A stretch of 32,000 bases of DNA, taken from assembly GCA_026016245.1 (NCBI GenBank), contig CP061211.1, forward strand, positions 210,001-242,000. Reading direction: 5' to 3'. Shown in pieces: positions 1-7,272 of the stretch; position 1 is the stretch's first letter; every line of letters begins with the position of its first letter. The translations under genes were made by a program, and so were the position numbers. The notes beneath the pieces were generated by a model. The model did no database searches, had not been told where the DNA came from, and saw only the letters and a program-made list of their open reading frames with translations. This DNA is from Candidatus Pacearchaeota archaeon (GTDB lineage: Archaea > Nanobdellota > Nanobdellia > Pacearchaeales > UBA284).

Positions 1-288
1 GATGATTATGTTTCTTTTAGTAAGTCTGACGCATTAATAGGAAAAAATACTAAGAGAAGTTTAAGAAAAAATGATATATGTTTGGCAAGGATTGTGGCTG
101 TAAGTTATAAAACAATTCCGCCAAAAATTGGTCTTACAATGAGACAACCAGGTTTAGGTAAGCTGGAATGGATCCAGGAAGATAAGAGGAAAGCAAAATT
201 AATGGCTGCAAAAGCTGCAAGAGCTGGGGCAAGGGCAGCTGGAGGGAAAACAAAAGCCAGGGGAAAAACTAAAAGAAAAAGAAAATAA
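1..288 (+). CDS. rpo7: DNA-directed RNA polymerase subunit Rpo7/RpoE' (C-terminal part, 5' truncated by window edge)
   Basis: Frame 1 is open from base 1: DDYVSFSKSDALIGKNTKRSLRKNDICLARIVAVSYKTIPPKIGLTMRQPGLGKLEW, typical of the Rpo7 C-terminal OB domain. It is followed by spt4 and rps24e, the usual archaeal order. Confidence 0.85.
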   Translation, partial: DDYVSFSKSDALIGKNTKRSLRKNDICLARIVAVSYKTIPPKIGLTMRQPGLGKLEWIQEDKRKAKLMAAKAARAGARAAGGKTKARGKTKRKRK

Positions 289-294
289 TAAAAA

Positions 295-480
295 ATGAAA
301 AAGAAAAAAGTCTGTAAAAATTGCAAGATTTTCATTGAGGGAGATAAGTGCCCAATATGTCAAGGTACCCAATTTGTGGAGAACTGGAAAGGTCGTGTTA
401 TAATTACTAATCCAGAAAAATCAGAAATAGCAAAAAAATTAAATATAAAAAAGAGGGGGATTTATGCAATAAAAGCTTAA
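295..480 (+). CDS. spt4: Transcription elongation factor Spt4 / RpoE''
   Basis: 61 aa with zinc ribbon CKNCKIF..CPICQGTQF and WKGRVIITNPEKSEIAKKLNI, characteristic of archaeal Spt4. Confidence 0.92.
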   Translation: MKKKKVCKNCKIFIEGDKCPICQGTQFVENWKGRVIITNPEKSEIAKKLNIKKRGIYAIKA

Positions 481-481
481 G

Positions 482-808
482 ATGGAATTCAAGATAGAAA
501 AACAGGAGGCTAAGCCTTTGGTAGGAAGAGATGAGATTACTCTAAAAATTACTAAAATAGAAGCCACACCCTCAAATGCTCAGGTTCAGGAAGCTATAGC
601 AAAATTACTCAATAAAGATAAAGCTTTGATTGTGATAAAGAAGATTCATCAAAAATATGGCATGCATGAAGCCATAGTATCAGCATATGCATACAAAAGT
701 GAGGAAGATTTTAAGAAATTCGAGGTAAAAAAGAAGAAAGAAAAGGCAGAGGAAAAGAAGGAAGAAAAACCAGCTGAAGAAGAAAAGCCAAAAGAGGAGG
801 CTAAATAA
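482..808 (+). CDS. rps24e: 30S ribosomal protein S24e
   Basis: [23 protein letters not shown]...[24 protein letters not shown]; S24e pattern with a low-complexity K/E tail. Confidence 0.9.
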   Translation: MEFKIEKQEAKPLVGRDEITLKITKIEATPSNAQVQEAIAKLLNKDKALIVIKKIHQKYGMHEAIVSAYAYKSEEDFKKFEVKKKKEKAEEKKEEKPAEEEKPKEEAK

Positions 809-810
809 AG

Positions 811-1059
811 ATGGGGAAGAAAGGGCCTAAAGTAGTGAAGAAAGGCAAAAAGAAAAGAAAGCCAAAAAAAAGCAGTGAGAGATGGAAAAAGTATAAAATT
901 GATGGGGGAAAAGCTCAACCAACAGCAAAATTCTGTCCAAGATGCGGGCCAGGTATTTTTTTAGCTGAATCAAAAAATAGATGGTTTTGTGGTAGATGTC
1001 ATTATACTGAATTTAAGTCAAGAGAACAAAAGGAAGAAAAAACTGAAGAGAAGAAATAA
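811..1059 (+). CDS. rps27ae: 30S ribosomal protein S27ae
   Basis: [28 protein letters not shown] zinc-ribbon signature, next to S24e. Confidence 0.9.
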   Translation: MGKKGPKVVKKGKKKRKPKKSSERWKKYKIDGGKAQPTAKFCPRCGPGIFLAESKNRWFCGRCHYTEFKSREQKEEKTEEKK

Positions 1060-1082
1060 TTCTTTTATTTTTTAAGAAATTG

Positions 1083-1097
1083 AAAACCCTGGGAAAA
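1083..1097 (+). repeat. Short direct repeat copy 1 (AAAACCCTGGGAAAA)
   Basis: Core AAAACCCTGGGAAA is identical to copies at 1826 and 2599. Confidence 0.7.
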
Positions 1098-1188
1098 ACT
1101 TACATATTATATATAACTTAGGGATTTTTTCTCCAAAACATCAAATTTATAAAAAGTAGTTCGTTAATTTATAAAAAGAGGAGTTGAA

Positions 1189-1815
1189 ATGAAAATACAA
1201 TCAAAAAAATTTTATGAAAAACTTAGTAAATTTAAAGAAAAGAAAAAGGGTTTGTTGCATTTGTTCTTGGTAAAGAAATTCACATGCATGAACAAGCAGA
1301 TTTTGGATCTTGGATGTGGAAAAGGAGAATTAGCATATTTCTTTGCACAAATGGATAATAAAATTAGGGCAATAGATGTCTCAAAGCCTATGCTAAATTA
1401 TGCAATGTCAGTAAACAAACATAAAAATATTACATATCTTCTACAAGATATTAGATCATTAAAATTAAAGAAAAAATTTGATGTTATTTTTGCAATAAAC
1501 TCTTTGGTTCATATTAAATCGCTTGGTCATTTATTAAGACAAATTTATAGTTTGCTTAAAAAAGACGGCAAGTTTATACTATGCTTTCCACATCCGACAC
1601 AGGATTTGAAAGAAATTAAAGATTATCTCAAAGAACAGTTAATAAGGACTAGGACAAAATTTGGAATTGTTGAACAATATTATCGACCAATTCAATTTTA
1701 CCTGAATTTATTAATCGAAGAAAGATTTGCAATAAACAAGATTTATGAATTTAAACTGAAAAAGGAAAAAATTCCTTTTTTCTTTATTGTGGAATTAAAA
1801 AAGAAGCTAAAATAA
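1189..1815 (+). CDS. Class I SAM-dependent methyltransferase
   Basis: Motif I ILDLGCGKGELA, then LQDIRSLKLKKKFDVIFAINSLVHI and LKKDGKFILCFPHP. Confidence 0.85.
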   Translation: MKIQSKKFYEKLSKFKEKKKGLLHLFLVKKFTCMNKQILDLGCGKGELAYFFAQMDNKIRAIDVSKPMLNYAMSVNKHKNITYLLQDIRSLKLKKKFDVIFAINSLVHIKSLGHLLRQIYSLLKKDGKFILCFPHPTQDLKEIKDYLKEQLIRTRTKFGIVEQYYRPIQFYLNLLIEERFAINKIYEFKLKKEKIPFFFIVELKKKLK

Positions 1816-1825
1816 AAGAATTATA

Positions 1826-1840
1826 AAAACCCTGGGAAAA
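1826..1840 (+). repeat. Short direct repeat copy 2 (AAAACCCTGGGAAAA)
   Basis: Matches copy 1 over 15 nt. Confidence 0.7.
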
Positions 1841-1859
1841 TTCTCTACATTATGTGGAA

Positions 1860-2117
1860 CTATTTTTTAAAGATTTTGCCCCTATGTTCAAATCGCCATA
1901 ACACAAGGGTGCTGTCTTGTATCGAAAAAATAAGTCTGAATGGAGTGATCCTAACTTCTTTTGCCCCAGCAAATCCATAATGCAATGGTTTGCCAATGCT
2001 TGGATTTGTTATAATTTTTTTGATTTGTTTTTCTATCTTTTTCAAAATCTCTGAAGTGCCAAATCTTTTGATATCTTTTTTATAACTTTTAGAATATTTT
2101 ATCTCTTTGATGCCCAT
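1860..2117 (-). CDS. RelE/ParE-superfamily toxin
   Basis: YSKSYKKDIKRF...KEVRITPFRLIFSIQDSTLVLWRFEHRGKIFKK. The likely start is the internal Met (MGIKEIKYSK), which overlaps the upstream antitoxin gene by 19 nt. Confidence 0.75.
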   Translation of the reverse strand: MGIKEIKYSKSYKKDIKRFGTSEILKKIEKQIKKIITNPSIGKPLHYGFAGAKEVRITPFRLIFSIQDSTLVLWRFEHRGKIFKK

Positions 2118-2395
2118 TTTCTCTGTCGCTTGAAGAGCTCTGCAGGACTGCATACTTCAAATTTACCATTTTCAAAATCTTTCCAAGCTTCAATCAAATT
2201 TTTAAGTCCTTTTTCCTCTTCCTTAGACAGAGCTAAAGGTAATGTTCTTATTACAATTAAATGATCTGCTTCACTAAATGCAACAATACTACCGGCTTTA
2301 ATTCCTGTTTTTTGCCTTATATTTTGAGGAATAACCACTTGGCCTTTAGAACTAACTCTAGCAAATTCAGGCCTTAACACTTTAATTTCTTTCAT
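2099..2395 (-). CDS. AbrB/MazE-family (SpoVT-AbrB fold) antitoxin
   Basis: ARVSSKGQVVIPQNIRQKTGIKAGSIVAFSEAD is the classic AbrB motif. Start taken at MKEIKV (2395); the ORF remains open to 2464. Confidence 0.8.
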   Translation of the reverse strand: MKEIKVLRPEFARVSSKGQVVIPQNIRQKTGIKAGSIVAFSEADHLIVIRTLPLALSKEEEKGLKNLIEAWKDFENGKFEVCSPAELFKRQRKWASKR

Positions 2396-2492
2396 CAGTA
2401 AGAAAGTCTTACCATCTTTATAAAACTTTATATTTGATTCATTCAATAAATAAGAAATAATCAAAAAAGCGGGGCCAGAAATTAAAACGCTT

Positions 2493-2511
2493 AAAAATGC
2501 AAAGCATTTTT
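2493..2511. promoter_or_regulatory. Perfect hairpin AAAAATGC-AAA-GCATTTTT upstream of the AbrB/RelE genes
   Basis: 8-bp inverted repeat with a 3-nt loop, read directly. Confidence 0.4.
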
Positions 2512-2598
2512 GGCGCCCTGAAAATCCTTACGAATTTTCATGGAATTAATGGTGTATTCCGCTAAAAAATCCTATTTTTTTATTAATATATAACATAT

Positions 2599-2612
2599 AA
2601 AACCCTGGGAAA
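2599..2612 (+). repeat. Short direct repeat copy 3 (AAAACCCTGGGAAA)
   Basis: Shares a 14-nt core with copies 1 and 2. Confidence 0.7.
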
Positions 2613-2659
2613 GACTATCAGGAAAATCAAGGAGATGCTCCCTCAAGCCTTTCCTGGGT
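2602..2659 (+). ncRNA. Candidate structured RNA element of unknown function
   Basis: ACCC(2602-2605)/GGGT(2656-2659), GG/CC and AAAG/CTTT form a long stem. An inner GGAG-ATG-CTCC hairpin lies at 2631-2641. A TATA-like tract is just upstream. Confidence 0.3.
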
Positions 2660-2768
2660 AAAAAGAGGTGATAAAATTAATAAGAACTCGAACTTTATAA
2701 ACTTTTCTATTTGTAGTAATTATGCAGTGGTTACTCATTCTTTTTAATCTATTTTTCTTGTTTTGTTA

Positions 2769-3548
2769 ATGGAAAACAATAATAATCAAAAAATTGGCCA
2801 AGAACAGTTTTATGACATGCTTGTGTCACGAGAGCTGAGCTGGCAGGCCATAATTTATGACCTTATCAAGACAGAACAGCTTGATCCTTGGGGTATTGAT
2901 CTTGCTATATTATCCCAAAAATATATTGAAAGAATTAGAGATCTTCAAGAATTGGAAGAAAGCACTTTTTTTATTTCATCTAAAGTCTTGCTTGCTGCTG
3001 CTTTATTGTTAAGGATAAAGTCTGAGGTTTTGCATAATAACTTGAAGAGTATTGATGAAATATTGTTTGAGAAAAAGGACAAAAAAGATGAGGTTGTGGG
3101 GCCTAGCCAAATTATTGACTTTGTTCCAGATGAGATGCCTGATATAATGCCAAGAACCCCCTTACCTCGTGGAAGAAAAGTCACCTTACATGAGTTGATG
3201 AAAGCTCTTGATAAAGCAATTAATACAGAGCATAGAAGAATCAAGAAAGAGTTGAAGTTTAGAAGAGCTAGGTATGATATTGATTTTGTTCTTCCTAAAA
3301 AGAAAGTTGATATAAAGAAGAAGATTAAAGATATCTACAAGAAGATTAAAGACTTATTTTTTGGAAAGAAAGTGGAGAGGTTGACATATACGATGCTAGC
3401 TGGAACAAAACGTGATGAAAGGATAGCTTGTTTTCTGCCTGTCTTGTATTTGGATAGTCAGGAGAAAATAATCCTTGAACAGGAAAGACCTTTTGAGGAG
3501 ATTGATATTTGGTTGAAAAAAAATGGATCTCAAAATAATATATCCTGA
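2769..3548 (+). CDS. scpA: Segregation and condensation protein A (ScpA, kleisin)
   Basis: FYDMLVSRELSWQAIIYDLIKTEQLDPWGIDLAILSQKYIERI...FFISSKVLLAAALLLRIKSE; ATG at 2769 chosen over TTG at 2763. Confidence 0.9.
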   Translation: MENNNNQKIGQEQFYDMLVSRELSWQAIIYDLIKTEQLDPWGIDLAILSQKYIERIRDLQELEESTFFISSKVLLAAALLLRIKSEVLHNNLKSIDEILFEKKDKKDEVVGPSQIIDFVPDEMPDIMPRTPLPRGRKVTLHELMKALDKAINTEHRRIKKELKFRRARYDIDFVLPKKKVDIKKKIKDIYKKIKDLFFGKKVERLTYTMLAGTKRDERIACFLPVLYLDSQEKIILEQERPFEEIDIWLKKNGSQNNIS

Positions 3549-3741
3549 ATGCCCCAAACATAAAAAATATAGAGAAGGAAGATTGGGGTTTGATGATCCT
3601 ATTGTTATGAAAGAAAATTGTCATTTATGCCTTGATTATAAGTTAAGCTGTGGATACTATCAAAAATTTTTAGCTAAGAGAAATAAAAAGAATAAAGTAA
3701 AGAAAAAACCAGAAGAGATCCCTGCTTCTTATCTACTTTGA
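3523..3741 (+). CDS. Small Cys-rich, probably metal-binding protein
   Basis: 72 aa with CPKHKK...CHLCLDYKLSCGYY, overlapping the scpA 3' end by 26 nt. Confidence 0.55.
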   Translation: MDLKIIYPECPKHKKYREGRLGFDDPIVMKENCHLCLDYKLSCGYYQKFLAKRNKKNKVKKKPEEIPASYLL

Positions 3742-4236
3742 ATTAATCTGAACAAAATCTAGTATGCTTCCTTGTTTGCTTTCTAGAATCTCGCTGTTGA
3801 AACAATCCACTTGAATTCTTAGCATCTTAAATCCAGAAAGTAAGCAGGTTATATTCCATATCTGCTTTTCTTTTTGTTTTTGGAGTATTACTATAATTTT
3901 ATTTATGTTATAGGTTGTTAATTTTTCTTTTTCAAGTTCTTTTTTTATTATTTCTTCCAACTCCTTTAAATCTGTCTTTATATCTTCATTTAGCGCAGTT
4001 ATTTTATCTTTAGGAGTAAAATCTTCTTGTTTGTGTTTTACTTCTTTATCTATAAAAAAAGTTTCTACCTTCTTTTTTTCTGGAATATAAAAGTCAAGTT
4101 GTTCAGTTTCTATGGAAAATTCTGAAGTAAGAACAAAAAAAGCGCTGAATAGGAAGGCTTTTTTATTTTTTTCCTTAAAATCCTTAAATACTTGTGATTC
4201 TTTTAATTTTTTAAGTGTTTTGTGAAAAGACATCAT
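3733..4236 (-). CDS. Hypothetical protein
   Basis: 167-aa ORF directly downstream of thrS on the same strand. No family recognised. Confidence 0.65.
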   Translation of the reverse strand: MMSFHKTLKKLKESQVFKDFKEKNKKAFLFSAFFVLTSEFSIETEQLDFYIPEKKKVETFFIDKEVKHKQEDFTPKDKITALNEDIKTDLKELEEIIKKELEKEKLTTYNINKIIVILQKQKEKQIWNITCLLSGFKMLRIQVDCFNSEILESKQGSILDFVQINSK

Positions 4237-4248
4237 TAATTATACAAA

Positions 4249-6111
4249 TTATACAAATTTTGGCCTTTTACTTAGTAATTTTGGTAATGGTAAAGGCTTC
4301 CAAGGCATTCCCCCTTGCCCTTCTTGCAGTATTTTTTTAAATTCCTTAGCTTTCATTTCCTTAACTTTTCCTGTAATTCTGGTCCTGACTGAAAGAACTT
4401 GCTTGTCTAACTCTCTCTTTCCAATGCATACAATATAAGGAACCCACTCTTGCTCTGCTTCTAATATTCTCCTTTCAACATGTAATGGCCTGTCGTCTAT
4501 ATCTGCCCTGACAAAAGGTTCTTCTTCATTTAATTCAACAGCAAGGTCTTGTGCTTGCTCAATAAATTTCTCGCTAATTGGAACAATCCTGACTTGTGTG
4601 GGGGAGAGCCAGAAAGGCAATATAGGATTTTTCTGGCTAGCAGCATTTTCTAGTATTGCTGCTATTGTTCTGTCTATCCCTATACCTGTATGAAGAATAA
4701 TAGGATAGTGTTTTTTATTGTCCTTGCCAGTATAAGTAATATCCCAGTGTTTTGGTGTTTCTGTATCTAATTGAACAGTTGTCACTTCCATTGATCTCTT
4801 AAGATTATCTAAAGCAACAACATCTACCCATGCAATTTTATAGGTTTTCATTACACTAAAAAGTTTGACAATGATAGGCATTTTGAAAATTTTTACCCAT
4901 TCAACAAATTGTTTTTTGTATTTTTTGAAAAAATCCTCTTTGCAGTTGAGAACTACAGCAACAGGTTTGAAACCAATCTCATAATAAATCTGAATAGCAA
5001 ATTGTTTTATCTGTTTTTCATACTCTCTAAAAGCCTGATTAATGTCTGCGCACATTGTATGAAGATCCGCCATCATGAAATTTCTGATGCGATACATGCC
5101 AAGAAGTTCTCCTCTTTGTTCATAACGCCAACTATCATTCTCAAATTCATAAAGACCAAAAGGGAGATTTTTATAGGAAATTGAAGCATCTTTAAGAATA
5201 GAAAGAGTTCCATAATCGCAAGCTGGCCTTAAATAAAATTCCTGCCTCTTTTCAGCTCTGCCTGGCAAAACCTTGTAAAGTCTTTCTGGAAATTGCTCCA
5301 TCATCCATTTAGCTCCAGGATCTTCCTTACTTACGATACATGGTGTTTTTGTAGGCATTCCTCCAAGACGTACAACAAAAACCTCTCTACATAAATCTTT
5401 TATTAAATCAACAATTAACTTTCCTTTTGGAAGATAACGTAGATTGCCAGCATCAGAAACTCTTGTCTCATGGCTAGCTATTTCCATGGTTCTCATTAAT
5501 CTCAAATGTGGAGGTTCTTTTCCTTCTTTTTTCCTCTCTCCTAACTCATCTTTAATGACTATTTTAATTTCTGGATATTCTTTTTTACTTACTTGTTTTT
5601 TCTTTTTAATCTCTCCAGTAGGCAAGATAACAAATAATTCTTTCATTTTGCCTTCTCCTTTAATTTCTTCTTTTTCTTTCTTCGCAACTTCCTCAATGCT
5701 GATCTCTCTTGATAATTCTGAAAGTGGATGGCCCTTACATTTTATTTCAAACTCCTTATACCAGCCAAAAGGAGCTCTAACAACTTTTAATTTAGTTTTG
5801 GAAAGTTTTTTTTCAGCTTGTTTTAAAATATAGAGAGCTGTTGATGGTGAGGAAGGCTCTGATGTAAGATGAACATAAGGATAGAGGACTATTTTCTTGG
5901 CTTTAACCTGTTTTGCTATATCCCTAACTTCTGTGATGAGATTCTTGACTATAGCATCCTTGTATTTTTCATCCTTTTTCTCTACTGCACTTAACACGAC
6001 AAGACATTCCTTTATTTCTCTAGCCCCTTTTTTTATTTCCTCTGGTTTGCTTATGGCTTTTTTTACTGGTTTGAATCGAATGTAGTCGCAGTGAAGAGTT
6101 AATATCTTCAT
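4249..6111 (-). CDS. thrS: Threonyl-tRNA synthetase (archaeal type with N-terminal editing domain)
   Basis: N-terminal MKILTLHCDYIRF editing domain; class II core GMPTKTPCIVSKEDPG, FYLRPACDYGTLSI, MRDLHT-like MADLHTMCADINQAF; C-terminal anticodon-binding domain. Confidence 0.93.
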   Translation of the reverse strand: MKILTLHCDYIRFKPVKKAISKPEEIKKGAREIKECLVVLSAVEKKDEKYKDAIVKNLITEVRDIAKQVKAKKIVLYPYVHLTSEPSSPSTALYILKQAEKKLSKTKLKVVRAPFGWYKEFEIKCKGHPLSELSREISIEEVAKKEKEEIKGEGKMKELFVILPTGEIKKKKQVSKKEYPEIKIVIKDELGERKKEGKEPPHLRLMRTMEIASHETRVSDAGNLRYLPKGKLIVDLIKDLCREVFVVRLGGMPTKTPCIVSKEDPGAKWMMEQFPERLYKVLPGRAEKRQEFYLRPACDYGTLSILKDASISYKNLPFGLYEFENDSWRYEQRGELLGMYRIRNFMMADLHTMCADINQAFREYEKQIKQFAIQIYYEIGFKPVAVVLNCKEDFFKKYKKQFVEWVKIFKMPIIVKLFSVMKTYKIAWVDVVALDNLKRSMEVTTVQLDTETPKHWDITYTGKDNKKHYPIILHTGIGIDRTIAAILENAASQKNPILPFWLSPTQVRIVPISEKFIEQAQDLAVELNEEEPFVRADIDDRPLHVERRILEAEQEWVPYIVCIGKRELDKQVLSVRTRITGKVKEMKAKEFKKILQEGQGGMPWKPLPLPKLLSKRPKFV

Positions 6112-6146
6112 AAATTTAAGAGAGAAGGCAGATTTATAAAATTAAC

Positions 6147-7178
6147 TTAATGATTTAAATCAATATTAGGGGGCAATTCTCCTAGGTTTATGTAGGTATT
6201 TCCATCTGTTACTTCATAACCTGTATCTGATGTCCTCTTAAGCTTAGGCATAACTATACTTGCATAAAGGCCACTACAATTAACAATATTAAAAGGAAAA
6301 ACTCTGGTGATTGTTACATAAGGAGGAATACTAGCACTTCCAAGGCCAAGAGAATATGCTTTATCTTCATCATAATGTGCTGTTGTTCCATCAGAAAGAG
6401 AGATTTCAACTTCCTTGGGATAGAAAAAGAAATTTCCATCGGAAACATTTTTAATTTTCATATTAACATACATCATCCAGCCCATATAATCTTTGCTGTA
6501 TCTACCTCCAAAAAACTTTTCTCTTTTTATAGAATAGGAAGAAACTAAAAGTTCTAGATCTCCAGCATTTGCCCATTCTCCAACATCATAATAAGCTATA
6601 GTAGTATATTTGGTATCAATTTGTTCTTCTTCAATTTGTTCTCCTTCATGTTCTTCCGCTCCTTCTCCATATTTACTTAGGTCATATCCCTTCATTTCCT
6701 TTACCATTTCCCCTCTTATTTCTCTATTCTCCTCTTCAGTAAAATAATTACGAACAAAGACAATCTTGCCCCTAAAATAATTTATCATAGAAATTTTCCA
6801 TCTTTCTCCTACATAATTACAGAAATTAAATTCACATGAATCTCCAGATGGGGGATATAATACAACACTGTTTGTTTTTTCTCTTATCCTGGCATCTCTA
6901 ATTTGATCCAAAACACCATCTCTTGATTTTTCTAATTCATTAATAACTCTGGACAAGCCCTTTTCATTAATTCCTTTTTTAATCACTTTTTTAAATGTAG
7001 TGGTGTCAAGATCCATATCAAAATCACAGAGATCTCCTACTTTTCCTGTTTTTGCGCTCTCAATTATCTGATTAAAAACTCTATTATGATACAAAAGAAT
7101 TTCATTCCTCGCTTCTTCAGCTGTAGGACCTACTTGAAAAAGAAGGGAGGCAATTAATGCACATATAGATATTCCCAT
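6147..7178 (-). CDS. Membrane/exported protein, possibly with a C-terminal DUF4352-like domain
   Basis: N-terminal hydrophobic segment ISICALIASLLFQVG; C-terminal YDVGEWANAGDLELLVSSYSI...MMYVNMKIKNVSDGNFFFYPKEVEISLSDG is DUF4352-like. Confidence 0.55.
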   Translation of the reverse strand: MGISICALIASLLFQVGPTAEEARNEILLYHNRVFNQIIESAKTGKVGDLCDFDMDLDTTTFKKVIKKGINEKGLSRVINELEKSRDGVLDQIRDARIREKTNSVVLYPPSGDSCEFNFCNYVGERWKISMINYFRGKIVFVRNYFTEEENREIRGEMVKEMKGYDLSKYGEGAEEHEGEQIEEEQIDTKYTTIAYYDVGEWANAGDLELLVSSYSIKREKFFGGRYSKDYMGWMMYVNMKIKNVSDGNFFFYPKEVEISLSDGTTAHYDEDKAYSLGLGSASIPPYVTITRVFPFNIVNCSGLYASIVMPKLKRTSDTGYEVTDGNTYINLGELPPNIDLNH

Positions 7179-7272
7179 TTTAATATTGATTTTTTAAGAA
7201 TACCAGAATATATAAATATTTCTTTGAAACGATAAATTTTAAATAGCAAGGTTCCTTTTTAGGAGGATGAAT

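Noticed and set aside
105-335. 76-aa minus-strand ORF (Phe-rich) antisense to rpo7/spt4
   Set aside because: Reverse complement of Lys/Ala-rich real genes; low-complexity hydrophobic shadow ORF with no family features.
1860-2464. Unusual antitoxin/toxin order or novel TA type at the AbrB/RelE pair
   Set aside because: Antitoxin-first order with a short overlap is standard; only the pairing of an AbrB-type antitoxin with a RelE toxin is mildly notable.
4909-6085. Four plus-strand ORFs antisense to thrS (4909..5184, 5444..5833, 5897..6085 and similar)
   Set aside because: The sense strand encodes a clear full-length ThrRS; antisense translations are Ser/Phe/Leu-rich shadows.
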